Source: Candidatus Berkelbacteria bacterium (lineage in GTDB: Bacteria > Patescibacteriota > UBA1384 > 2-12-FULL-50-11). Taken from it: a DNA stretch of 64,000 bases. Shown here one piece after another: positions 8,735-19,014 of the stretch. Each line of letters opens with the position of its first letter. Position 1 is the first letter of the stretch. The translations under genes were made by a program, and so were the position numbers. The stretch spans positions 522,561-586,560 of the forward strand of contig CP066697.1 in assembly GCA_016432625.1 (NCBI GenBank), read 5' to 3'. Below the pieces are notes generated by a model that was given only the letters and a program-made list of their open reading frames with translations, did no database searches and was not told the origin of the DNA.

Positions 8735-9673
8735 TTATTCTTTACTAGAAACTACCTCCGGCTCAACGTCCAGTTCAATCTGAAACTTATCACGCACCAC
8801 CTGTTTAACGTGATCAATCAGTCCTAAGATATCTTTTGACGTTGCCCCACCAAGGTTGACGATATAGTTAGCATGCTTCTCGGAGACTTGCGCCTGGCCG
8901 ATCTTAAAACCCTTCAGTTCTGCGTCATCGATAATTTTGCCGGTGGGAATAATTGGAAAAGGGTCGTTTTTGATAAAATCATGAAAATGCGCCATCCAGT
9001 TTTCGGGGACTCGCCCGATTGGCGTGTTTTTAAAAATGGAACCGACATTTGGAAACTCCAACGGATGCCGGTCTTGCCGAAACGCGATCCACTTGTCAGC
9101 TGTAGCGCGCAGTTCAGCCTGATCGCCCTGCCTCAGTTCAACGGCAGCGGAAACGATTACCTCTGAGTGACGTTTATAGATACTGTCGCGGTAGCCAAAC
9201 ATCGCCCCGTCATTTTTGCGCTCGATTTCTCGTCCCGTGGTAGTCTCAATACTTCTAACGCTCGCGATAACGTCTTTCATCTCCCCGCGAAATGCCCCGG
9301 CATTGCCACGGATGGCGCCGCCGAAAGTACCGGGCAAACCGCCCGCCCATTCTAGGCCAGCTAAGCCATTGCTTATCGACGCGTCAACCAATTCGTTCAT
9401 CATATTTGCGGCGCCGGCTCTTAGCGACTGACCTTCGATTTTGAGTTCTTTTATGCCGATTAAAATTACTAACCCCGGCCAACCCTCGTCTGGAAAAATA
9501 ACGTTACTGCCGTGGGCAAGAATAAACAGGGGCCAGTGTTCTTTAGCGACAAGTTGCAGCGCTTCTCGCAAATCAGCTTCAGTTTCGACTTTAACGAAAT
9601 GCTTGGCTTGGCCGCCAACCTTGAAAGTACAGTAGTTCTTTAGGAGGACATCTTCTTCGAGTCTTAGCGCCAT
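8735..9673 (-). CDS. murB: UDP-N-acetylenolpyruvoylglucosamine reductase
   Basis: 312 aa with an FAD-binding N-terminal region (FKVGGQAKHF...) and a MurB C-terminal domain. Its presence beside an L,D-transpeptidase fits a peptidoglycan-containing organism. Confidence 0.8.
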   Translation of the reverse strand: MALRLEEDVLLKNYCTFKVGGQAKHFVKVETEADLREALQLVAKEHWPLFILAHGSNVIFPDEGWPGLVILIGIKELKIEGQSLRAGAANMMNELVDASISNGLAGLEWAGGLPGTFGGAIRGNAGAFRGEMKDVIASVRSIETTTGREIERKNDGAMFGYRDSIYKRHSEVIVSAAVELRQGDQAELRATADKWIAFRQDRHPLEFPNVGSIFKNTPIGRVPENWMAHFHDFIKNDPFPIIPTGKIIDDAELKGFKIGQAQVSEKHANYIVNLGGATSKDILGLIDHVKQVVRDKFQIELDVEPEVVSSKE

Positions 9674-9682
9674 AACTCAACC

Positions 9683-10273
9683 TTAGGCGTGGATGACGAA
9701 GAATACAAAAAGGACGCGGTAGAACAGCGCCAAGGCTAGCGTCCCCAGGACCCAACGAAAACGCAGGTGCGAGATGCCTCCTGCGTAGGCCATTAACTCC
9801 GTGTTAATGATTGGGATCATGGTGATTATGAAGAAATGTTGCCAACGCAGGTTGTCGCTTAGCTCTTCTATGAAATTGAAATTCCTCGGTGAGAACCAGC
9901 GTTTCAATAACGGTCGGCCAAAGTTTCGTGCGACGTAAAAGTTGATGCTTGAGCCAGCTAAGCCCCCGGCGAGTCGTACGACGATAACGCTCACGGGATC
10001 CATTATGTTTAGTAAAACAACGTCAACGGGCAGGGTCGGTATCGGCACGAAAACCGAAGCAACCATCGTATAGGCGAAATACGACAATAAAGCCGTGCTC
10101 TCGTGTTTTAGTAACTGTTGGACAACTGGGTGCTCGGCGGGGTTAACATATTTCTGAATTAACGCCGAAACAACAGCAATAAAAATGCCAAATAAAAAAA
10201 TAAAGCCGACGATTTGCATAACATGTTTCGGGGGGAGTTTGAGGGAGTTTTTCTTGACTATCTGATGAATCAT
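9683..10273 (-). CDS. DedA/TVP38-family membrane protein
   Basis: 196 aa with multiple TM segments and a VTP/DedA-like core. Confidence 0.45.
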   Translation of the reverse strand: MIHQIVKKNSLKLPPKHVMQIVGFIFLFGIFIAVVSALIQKYVNPAEHPVVQQLLKHESTALLSYFAYTMVASVFVPIPTLPVDVVLLNIMDPVSVIVVRLAGGLAGSSINFYVARNFGRPLLKRWFSPRNFNFIEELSDNLRWQHFFIITMIPIINTELMAYAGGISHLRFRWVLGTLALALFYRVLFVFFVIHA

Positions 10274-10358
10274 TCGTGAGCCTTAGTATGCCTGATTCGC
10301 TTCGGCTGTTAAACGGTTTCACGAACCTGCGGAGAGAGCAGTAAGCTACAATACTTTT

Positions 10359-11756
10359 ATGCGTCTATGGAGCCGACAAATTGTCAGTAGGAATTTTAGT
10401 AACCAAGCGCGTTGGGTCAGTTTGGCGCTTATCTCAACGCTCTTTATCGCCTCCGTTTATTCGGCGGAGGTTTTACACACGCAAAGAAATTTACGAGCCG
10501 AAACTGACACCATTGCCCAAAATAATGAAAAGTTGCGAAATTTGGCCATCACTTCCTACAAGAATGTCGCCGTAAAAATAACCGAGGCCGAGAGTCTTGG
10601 TGCCGACGTTTCAGCGCAGAAAACCGAGCTTGCAACGAACTACGCCCTTATCCTCACTGAGCATGAATATCTCCAGGCAGCTACTGAACTTACAACGCAG
10701 CTTGCTTCGGTCATGGCTCTAATCACGAGCCAGACCGCAGCGATTGAAGCCGAGAAACAAAAAGGTACGCTGTCGGGCGTAGTTAAAGAAGGTGACAATC
10801 CGTTGTCGGGTGTAAAAGTGGCCCTGAAAGAAGGCAGCAGCGAGCTCGGTTCCGTGCTCACTGGAACAGATGGTCGCTACTTATTGACCGTTAAGGCTGG
10901 CAGCTGGACGCTTGTCGGCAGCAAAAGTGGTTACACCTCGCACACTAAGTCCGGCGTTACAATTAGTGCCGGGCAAACAGCCACCTACGACTTTTCGCTT
11001 TCTAAGGCACCCGCCGCCCCTCCTCCGACTAGTGCCCCACCGCCGAGCTCAGTACTAACCAACGGCGACAGTTCGTACGAAGTCGTGACCGTTAAAGGCT
11101 ACACGGTACATTTATCGAAATTTAATCTCGCGAGCGGCGAGTTCCGCGTTATTACCGATACGGCCAACGACAACGACTGCGTCGACAACTGTCCGACCAA
11201 GTCGCTTTCCAGTTACGTCAGTGACCACGGCGCCTTTGCCGGCATGAACGGTACCTACTTCTGTCCCGCAGACTATTCATCCTGCGCTGGCAAGACCGGC
11301 TCCTTCTACTGGAAAGTTTGGAACAGCCGCCTTAGTAAAATGATCAACGGCAGCAATGGCTCCTTTGAATATGAGCCGTTCCTGACAGTGAACGGCAATA
11401 CGGCCAAATATTATGGTTCCTGGTCTAGCTTTAGCGGCACTATTACCGCCGGTATCAGTTCGTCCCCAGCGTTGGTTTCTGGTGGCAGTAACGTGCTCAA
11501 CCAAAGTAACCTCGATAGCAAACAAAAAACGGTCAAGTCTAACCGCGGCGCGATGGGCCTGAAAGGACAGGTGCTCTACTTGGCGATTGCCAAGAGCGCG
11601 ACCGTCATAGATCTAGCCGATATTATGGACGAGCTCGATGTTGATTACGCGATGAACGTCGACGGCGGCGGGTCGAGCGCGATGATTTATAACAATAGCT
11701 ACAAAGTTGGCCCCGGCCGAAGCCTACCTAACGCACTCGTTGTTGCCCGACGATAG
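10359..11756 (+). CDS. Secreted/anchored protein with a CarboxypepD_reg-like beta-sandwich and a C-terminal phosphodiester glycosidase (NAGPA-like) domain
   Basis: N-terminal TM, a coiled-coil region, then GVVKEGDNPLSGVKVALKEG...GTDGRYLLTV (a carboxypeptidase-regulatory-like fold). The C-terminal motif DVDYAMNVDGGGSSAM is typical of the phosphodiester glycosidase family. Confidence 0.55.
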   Translation: MRLWSRQIVSRNFSNQARWVSLALISTLFIASVYSAEVLHTQRNLRAETDTIAQNNEKLRNLAITSYKNVAVKITEAESLGADVSAQKTELATNYALILTEHEYLQAATELTTQLASVMALITSQTAAIEAEKQKGTLSGVVKEGDNPLSGVKVALKEGSSELGSVLTGTDGRYLLTVKAGSWTLVGSKSGYTSHTKSGVTISAGQTATYDFSLSKAPAAPPPTSAPPPSSVLTNGDSSYEVVTVKGYTVHLSKFNLASGEFRVITDTANDNDCVDNCPTKSLSSYVSDHGAFAGMNGTYFCPADYSSCAGKTGSFYWKVWNSRLSKMINGSNGSFEYEPFLTVNGNTAKYYGSWSSFSGTITAGISSSPALVSGGSNVLNQSNLDSKQKTVKSNRGAMGLKGQVLYLAIAKSATVIDLADIMDELDVDYAMNVDGGGSSAMIYNNSYKVGPGRSLPNALVVARR

Positions 11757-11763
11757 AACTACT

Positions 11764-12054
11764 TCAACTGGGGACGGCAATAAAGTATCCGAAAAAGATT
11801 AAGATTGCTCCCATAGCAACGAGTACGAGCCACCTCCATGAATACGTCTTAAAGAAGTACCAGCTAAAGCCGAGATACGTTATGAAAGATAGCCCCAAAC
11901 TAACCAGTGAAATTACGTCTCTCCATTTGGAGTGAGTAAGGTCGGCAAAATAGTTAATGCCGCTCGACCCGATATAAAGTTCGGGTAAAAAAGTATTCAA
12001 AAATAAAAGCCAAACAGCCACAGCGGCAACTAATGCTTTGGCTCTAATAGTCAT
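11764..12054 (-). CDS. Small membrane protein (96 aa)
   Basis: Three predicted TM helices, directly downstream of the tRNA locus. Confidence 0.4.
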   Translation of the reverse strand: MTIRAKALVAAVAVWLLFLNTFLPELYIGSSGINYFADLTHSKWRDVISLVSLGLSFITYLGFSWYFFKTYSWRWLVLVAMGAILIFFGYFIAVPS

Positions 12055-12056
12055 TG

Positions 12057-12268
12057 TGCGAGTACCTGGATTTGAACCAGGGACCTCGTCATTATCCGCC
12101 GCGGCTCTGCCGCAGAGGAATTTAAAATCTTTGTGGGCGTATCTGGATTTGAACCAGAGACCTCGTCATTATCAGTGACGCGCTCTAACCAACTGAGCTA
12201 TACGCCCAGGTTCCCACACAAGATTTTAAATATCAGTGACGCGCTCTAACCAACTGAGCTATACTCGC
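12057..12268 (-). tRNA. Interrupted tRNA-Ile(GAU) gene. The 5-prime half (12232-12268) and 3-prime half (12057-12096) are separated by an approximately 135-nt insert in the anticodon loop.
   Basis: The 5-prime half reads GCGAGTATAGCTCAGTTGGTTAGAGCGCGTCACTGAT and the 3-prime half reads GATAATGACGAGGTCCCTGGTTCAAATCCAGGTACTCGCA. Joined at the shared GAT, they give a canonical 74-nt tRNA-Ile with acceptor stem GCGAGTA/TACTCGC. The insert sits at or near the canonical 37/38 position. Confidence 0.5.
12135..12208 (-). tRNA. tRNA-Ile (anticodon GAU), complete, nested inside the insert of the split tRNA-Ile
   Basis: Reverse complement is GGGCGTATAGCTCAGTTGGTTAGAGCGCGTCACTGATAATGACGAGGTCTCTGGTTCAAATCCAGATACGCCCA. 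It has a canonical cloverleaf with anticodon loop CTGATAA. It is flanked by a 15-nt inverted repeat ATTTAAAATCTT(T)GTG at 12120-12135 and 12217-12231. Confidence 0.8.
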
Positions 12269-12344
12269 ATGAATCAAATTGTAATGTATGCGTGACGCGC
12301 TTAACTCCATCAAGTTTAAATCAGTTAACAGATAAAATCCACCC

Positions 12345-12384
12345 CTAAATGTAAAGCTCTACCGAAGTAGAGCTTTACATTTAG
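12345..12384 (-). other. 18-bp perfect hairpin capped by a UUCG tetraloop in the 16S-tRNA spacer
   Basis: CTAAATGTAAAGCTCTAC-cgaa-GTAGAGCTTTACATTTAG. On the rRNA strand the loop is UUCG. It is likely a processing or structural stem. Confidence 0.6.
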
Positions 12385-12482
12385 CCATTCAACGCGCGTT
12401 GAACACTTGGCGGCTGCAAGAAACAATCTTTCTCGTCTGAAGTAACACTTCAGCCTCGACCTAGAAGAAAATTCCTCTAGAA

Positions 12483-13935
<1,453 letters not shown>

Positions 13936-14333
13936 AACTTCGGTGGAGTTCTTATGAGAGTCCACTTCTTGCTCTTTCCTGGCGGAAAGTGCATGTAGTC
14001 TAACTCTCAACTCTAACCGAAGCGCTCAGAAACTCCTTTGTGTGCTGCTTGATTTGCTGTCGTGTCTTACGACGCGTCGTCAGTTGACGACTGCGACAAC
14101 AGGCTGGCACGCTAAGGGTTCTTAAATGCGGGCACCATTTCGTTTGACCGAAATGGGTACATATATTAACTCATATGTAAGAAGTTTGTAGTGTGTTTCT
14201 TGCAACCGCCAAATACTCATGCCTTAAGGCATCAATTTCGCTAACAAGTCAGCGAAACATCACCTGACGGTTGTGGTCAGTTGTTAAATTTCTAGTTGTG
14301 ACCTCGATGTCTCGAGAAACAGAACTTACGGCA

Positions 14334-14362
14334 ATTTTATGATTAAGCCGCAGCAAAGTCAA
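14334..14362 (-). promoter_or_regulatory. Putative sigma70-type rRNA promoter (TTGACT-17-TAAAAT) about 400 nt upstream of the 16S 5-prime end
   Basis: The minus strand reads cccTTGACTttgctgcggcttaatcaTAAAATtgcc. It lies just downstream of the stop of the 840-aa gene. Confidence 0.45.
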
Positions 14363-14374
14363 GGGCAAAGAGTC

Positions 14375-16897
14375 CTAGGAATGGAGGTTACGAAAACTGC
14401 GCTGCAAACGACGTAAATGCTCGATTTTCAGTTTATGGACAAACATCACCGCCAAACTGCAGAGCATTAGCAAGATCACTAAAACGCTTACCACTACTAC
14501 AGAGCCCTGCTTTATGCCAAGGATTTTAAACTGGTCTTTGAGACTTATGTCTTCGCCCTCTGTAATATCGGGCAGGTTTATTGCCTGTTCGGTCTTGCTA
14601 ACCTGGGTGCCCGGTGAAGTATCAGCACTGTTATTCTTCTTACTTTTCGAATTAGTCGAGCCGGAGGTCCCTGCGTTAGGGGTCGAAGAAGTACTTGCTG
14701 CATCATTATTGGTACTAGTGTTGTTGTATCTATCGGCACTGCCGGGATCTATCGGCGGGGGTGTTGTCGGCCCAACGTCGCTGGTGATGAACGGCACAAA
14801 ACCAACCTGTAAGGCTGGTGAACCCGACTTCAACTCGTAGTTATCATGCCCCGGATCTTTGAAGAGCGGGTCGGCAATTACCGAATGGGTATCGTACCCA
14901 AATGCCTTCCATTGATCCCAGCTCAACTGTGAACCAGCCGATTCCGGGTGCGTTACTGACAAAGCGACGCCACCGTTCCAAATTACATTGTAGTCAACGA
15001 CGTTGCCGGTATTGCCGATAAAATATCTAACCCAGTATAGGCGGACGCTAGGGTGGCTTGGGAAGTAGAAAATATTCTTGGTTATTTTATTGCCTGCGTA
15101 TGCGGTAGCGTTGGTCATTGTCTCGGTTATAGTGCTTAGCTCTGGGTATTTCGCAAAATACTTGTCGTGATCAAACCCATTTGCGCTCATTGCTGAAAGC
15201 TCATTCCACATTGTGGAATAGAGGCTAACTGATACGTCCCTACCTTGCAGATACGTATTAGATTCAGTTAGCGACTCAGAAAATATATTGTTAGTTACTG
15301 TGTTGTCGCGACCGCCATGAACTTGGACGCCGCCTTTCGGTGATCGGGCGACGACATTGTTGTAAACCCAGGTGCCGCTGGAGAAGTCGTCCAGATATAT
15401 GCCCCAGGAGAAATAATTGAAGATCCATACGCTACCAGATCGTCCGTAACCACCCGTATCGTGCACGAAGTTATTATTAATGACATTGCCTCGGTACAGC
15501 CAAGATCGGGCGATAGTATAGATTCCTCCAGAATCTTGAGTTTCTCGGTTGGTGTTATGAACATGGTTCGATTCAACGACGGTATCGTTGCCAACGAGAA
15601 AGATACCGACACGGGGGGTATCATAAACCTCGTTATTCGCGATCTTTAGACCTACCGTACTGCTAGCCTTGATGCCGCTACCCCACTTTATAATTTGTCC
15701 GACCAAGTATACTCGATTATTTGTAATGCTATGCCCAGATGATGACAAGTTCTTACGGTAAGAGTAATCGGTCTGGTCAATCATAATCCCGTCGTCGCCA
15801 GTATCATGGATGATGTTATTGTTAATGCTCACACGTTCCGACGAGCCTTGGACAAAAATGCCTCGCTCAGTTGTGTTTCGTATCACAGAGTTGTCGATAG
15901 TAATGTCTTTGGAACTAATTAGATATAAGGCGTGTCTCTGTGATTCTTCGAGAACAAGATGGGAAAATTTGATGTTATTGGCGCCGTTCGGATTGAAAAT
16001 ATAGTTTGAGATTGGGACGGAAATGCGATCGGAGTTAATGTTAATCCCCGCTGGCGGAATCAGTAAAACTTTTTTGGCACTAGCATCGAAGAACCATTCA
16101 CCGGGTGCGTCTAGCTCCTCGCGAATATTTTCAACGAAAAAGCGATTACCAGGCAATAGGTTATAGGTTACGTCGCTACCGAAATTGATGGTTCGGCCTG
16201 CTTTGTTTAAGGCCGATATCGGAACAATTGAATTCCAGTAGTTTGGGCCAGAATAAATGTTAACCGAACCTGTTGTCGGATTGCTCCAACTCTCAGGCCG
16301 CGTGAAAGTATCGCTGTAAACAACCTTATTCTTCACCTCCGGTGTATTACTGGCCGCAAAAACGAAATTGCCTTCCCATGGATCAGTCTTAGAGAAATTT
16401 GGGGCAATATAATTCGGGTAACGAGCTGGTATTTGGCGGACACCATTAACGAAAAGGTCTTTAACTGTTTGAGTCCCCAAGCCGTTGGCAGTTAGGTCTA
16501 CCTCATAAATCCCGCCACCAATTGCCGTAAACCCGGCCAGCGCCTTACTGCCACGCACTACTACCACCTCATTCTGATATGACTGATACGTGACAACTCC
16601 GCCGCCCTTGCCGGAGTCGGCTGAAGTTAAGTTTATTGGATTGGATAGTTCGTAAACGCCGCCGCGTAGATTTATATTGACGTTACCAGCCGTGGAGCGA
16701 GCAGACAGTTTGGCTTTTTCAATGGTTTTGAACGGTGCGTCAATCGTGCCTGAATTGCTATCGCTACCCGTCGATGAGACGTAAAACTCAGCGCTGGCAC
16801 TGCTCGCCTCGTACTGCTCAGCGCTAAAAAACCTCGAGGCCAGACCAATCGTCAGGACGAGCAAGACGTACAACATGATTCTGACCCGTGCTTCCAT
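14375..16897 (-). CDS. Secreted right-handed parallel beta-helix repeat protein (pectate-lyase fold) with a Ser/Thr-rich stalk and a C-terminal TM anchor
   Basis: 840 aa with an N-terminal signal peptide. It has many PbH1-type repeats (NNNIIHDTGDDGIMID, ITNNRVYLVG, IANNEVYDT, VESNHVHNT). It ends with a Thr/Ser/Pro-rich low-complexity region and a hydrophobic helix. Confidence 0.6.
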   Translation of the reverse strand: MEARVRIMLYVLLVLTIGLASRFFSAEQYEASSASAEFYVSSTGSDSNSGTIDAPFKTIEKAKLSARSTAGNVNINLRGGVYELSNPINLTSADSGKGGGVVTYQSYQNEVVVVRGSKALAGFTAIGGGIYEVDLTANGLGTQTVKDLFVNGVRQIPARYPNYIAPNFSKTDPWEGNFVFAASNTPEVKNKVVYSDTFTRPESWSNPTTGSVNIYSGPNYWNSIVPISALNKAGRTINFGSDVTYNLLPGNRFFVENIREELDAPGEWFFDASAKKVLLIPPAGININSDRISVPISNYIFNPNGANNIKFSHLVLEESQRHALYLISSKDITIDNSVIRNTTERGIFVQGSSERVSINNNIIHDTGDDGIMIDQTDYSYRKNLSSSGHSITNNRVYLVGQIIKWGSGIKASSTVGLKIANNEVYDTPRVGIFLVGNDTVVESNHVHNTNRETQDSGGIYTIARSWLYRGNVINNNFVHDTGGYGRSGSVWIFNYFSWGIYLDDFSSGTWVYNNVVARSPKGGVQVHGGRDNTVTNNIFSESLTESNTYLQGRDVSVSLYSTMWNELSAMSANGFDHDKYFAKYPELSTITETMTNATAYAGNKITKNIFYFPSHPSVRLYWVRYFIGNTGNVVDYNVIWNGGVALSVTHPESAGSQLSWDQWKAFGYDTHSVIADPLFKDPGHDNYELKSGSPALQVGFVPFITSDVGPTTPPPIDPGSADRYNNTSTNNDAASTSSTPNAGTSGSTNSKSKKNNSADTSPGTQVSKTEQAINLPDITEGEDISLKDQFKILGIKQGSVVVVSVLVILLMLCSLAVMFVHKLKIEHLRRLQRSFRNLHS

Positions 16898-16982
16898 TTA
16901 AGCTAGCATAAGTCTATGTACCAAAATTTGCACGTCAGGGGTTTGCTGTGACCGACGCGGGGTTCGCGAAGCGCAACGAAAA

Positions 16983-17576
16983 CTAAACCAGGACCTTGTC
17001 AACGAGACCGTATTCGACCGCCTCGCTGCCACTCATCCAAAAGTTACGGTCAGTGTCGTGTTCGATTTTCTCTAGTTTTTTGCCCGTATTCTCAGCCAGG
17101 ATATGATTAAGACGCTGTTTGATGTAAAGAATTTCTTTGGCTTGTATCTCAACGTCACTAGCCTGGCCCTCAGCGCCACCCATTACCTGGTGAATCATGA
17201 CCCGAGAATTAGGTAACGCGAAACGCTTGCCTTTGGCCCCGCCAGCTAAAAGAAACGCCCCCATTGATGCGGCCATGCCGATGCAGATCGTTGAGACGTC
17301 CGGCTTGATGTGCTTCATCGTGTCGTAAATTGCGAGACCCGCCGAGACCGAGCCGCCCGGGCTGTTGATATATATCTGAATGTCTTTAGTGGCGTTCTCC
17401 GACTCGAGGAATAATAGCTGCGCCATAATGACGTTAGCGAGATGATCCTCAACCGGTCCGCCGACAAAAATAATTCGGTCGCGAAGTAAGCGCGAATAAA
17501 TATCGTAGGCTCGTTCGCCAAACGCCGTTTTTTCGATAACCATCGGAACGAGTATCTGGTTCTTTGGTTCTTCCAT
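16983..17576 (-). CDS. clpP: ATP-dependent Clp protease proteolytic subunit
   Basis: 197 aa with the catalytic Ser in [11 protein letters not shown] and His in MIHQ. No clpX gene is adjacent. Confidence 0.9.
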   Translation of the reverse strand: MEEPKNQILVPMVIEKTAFGERAYDIYSRLLRDRIIFVGGPVEDHLANVIMAQLLFLESENATKDIQIYINSPGGSVSAGLAIYDTMKHIKPDVSTICIGMAASMGAFLLAGGAKGKRFALPNSRVMIHQVMGGAEGQASDVEIQAKEILYIKQRLNHILAENTGKKLEKIEHDTDRNFWMSGSEAVEYGLVDKVLV

Positions 17577-17647
17577 GGGTTGAGTGTAAAGCTTGCTTTA
17601 CATTTCGTCAACGTTATTCCTTGAAATGAACGATCTACGTCGATACA

Positions 17648-18448
17648 ATGCCCATGTTTCGAAATTTCCATTCACGGAGGAGCCCATTGAAGAATGCTCA
17701 CGCAATTATCCTGGCAGGCGGTAAACGCTTACCGGACCTTGAGTCGTACTGCGGCGTTTCGCACGTCGCCAACATACCTGTAAACGGTGTTCGCATGGTA
17801 GAGCGAGTTGCGTCAGCGTTCCGAGATGCCGGCGTGCAAAAGATCACCGTTGTCGGCGCGAAAGTTGCCGACTGCCAAGAAGCTGCGGCGGGCTTAAGCC
17901 TGCTGGGTAGCTTGAAGAATGGACTGGATCTGGCCGACTACAGCGACCGGGTGATTCTGTCGACGTGCGATATGCCTTTCCTGGAAGCCAAGGAGGTCTC
18001 GGAGTTCCTGTCGCGCCAAAACGGTAGCACCTTGTACTGCGCTGTCGTGCCTGTCGCGGCTTGCCGCGACAAGTACCCAGAGCTAAGTCGTACATCGCTC
18101 ACAACCGCTGAGGGCGAGTTCACGCTTGGCAACATCTTCTCTGGTGAGAAGTGGGTGTGGGATACGGTTCTGCCATTCGTCGAGCGCGCCTACAAGGCCA
18201 GGAAAAACAAGCTCCGGCTTGCTTGGATGCTCGGGCCGTTCATAGCGGTCCGATATCTCCGAGCGCGAACTAAACCCGAGGTGCTGAGAATTAGCGACCT
18301 CGAGCACAGAGCGCGCAAGCTTGCCAAGTGTCCTGTCAGCGCCGTGATCGGTGACTGGCCCGGTATCGGCACAGACATCGACTCCACAGCTCACTTCCAA
18401 GCTGCCGAGCCTTACTTCCCTCAACTCGTTTCCGTCCGGACGTTGTGA
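17648..18448 (+). CDS. MobA-like NTP-transferase domain protein (nucleotidyltransferase)
   Basis: HAIILAGGKRLPDL is the glycine-rich NTP-transferase motif. The likely true start is TTG at 17687, with GGAGG 6 nt upstream. Confidence 0.5.
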   Translation: MPMFRNFHSRRSPLKNAHAIILAGGKRLPDLESYCGVSHVANIPVNGVRMVERVASAFRDAGVQKITVVGAKVADCQEAAAGLSLLGSLKNGLDLADYSDRVILSTCDMPFLEAKEVSEFLSRQNGSTLYCAVVPVAACRDKYPELSRTSLTTAEGEFTLGNIFSGEKWVWDTVLPFVERAYKARKNKLRLAWMLGPFIAVRYLRARTKPEVLRISDLEHRARKLAKCPVSAVIGDWPGIGTDIDSTAHFQAAEPYFPQLVSVRTL

Positions 18449-18452
18449 CGCC

Positions 18453-18500
18453 AAGACGGAAACACGTCTTTTACCCCTCCCCACGGAGGGGTAAAAAATA
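18453..18500. terminator. Tandem hairpins between convergent genes, a putative bidirectional terminator
   Basis: AAGACG-gaaaca-CGTCTT, then a 12-bp stem TTTTACCCCTCC-ccac-GGAGGGGTAAAA followed by an A-tract. Confidence 0.5.
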
Positions 18501-18518
18501 CCCCAAACAAGTTATCTG

Positions 18519-18899
18519 CTAGCTGTGGTAAGCGCTTTCCGTGCTATCGGACATAATGAAGAAGAGCCGGGCAATGATGTAAGCGACGAGCGCGTAAACA
18601 ACCATCGCTAGTAACGTCGACGACTCAAAGACCGTTCCCTCCTCTACTGGCGAAGCAAAGATACCTCGGAACGGGGCGACAAAAGGCCCGGTCAGATCGT
18701 AGACAAAGTCGACGAGACCATTAGCGGCGTTTGCAGCAAATAGCTTGAAAGCGAACCTGATAACTAGCAGCCCTTCCAGGACACTCAAGACGTAGTAAAC
18801 AACCTGAGTGGCCTTAAAGGCAGTGGCTTCCCCGGTTTCGTCGACCACGTCCGGTCGCCAAGTTACCCGCTCTCGACGTAATTCTCGTGTCATAGCCAT
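18519..18899 (-). CDS. Small membrane protein (126 aa), possibly YggT-like
   Basis: ATG at 18899 has a perfect AAGGAGG RBS 5 nt upstream. The protein MAMTRELRRE... has 2-3 TM helices. The upstream in-frame extension to 18959 is unlikely. Confidence 0.5.
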   Translation of the reverse strand: MAMTRELRRERVTWRPDVVDETGEATAFKATQVVYYVLSVLEGLLVIRFAFKLFAANAANGLVDFVYDLTGPFVAPFRGIFASPVEEGTVFESSTLLAMVVYALVAYIIARLFFIMSDSTESAYHS

Positions 18900-19014
18900 T
18901 CCAACCTCCTTCCTTTTCCTAGAGGACAACAAACCTAACGCCTCAACCAGATTACGCAAAAATTACTGCAATCTCTTTACCTATAGTTGCAAAGTTAGGA
19001 CCGATAATCGCAGA

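Noticed and set aside
10274-10358. Leaderless promoter (TACAAT 7 nt before the ATG of 10359)
   Set aside because: The -10 is good but no acceptable -35 lies at 16-18 nt spacing. Too speculative to list as a feature.
17315-17671. 118-aa minus ORF overlapping clpP
   Set aside because: Alternative frame of a high-confidence clpP gene.
17844-18484. Minus-strand ORFs antisense to the MobA-like gene
   Set aside because: Arg/Pro-rich antisense frames with no independent support.
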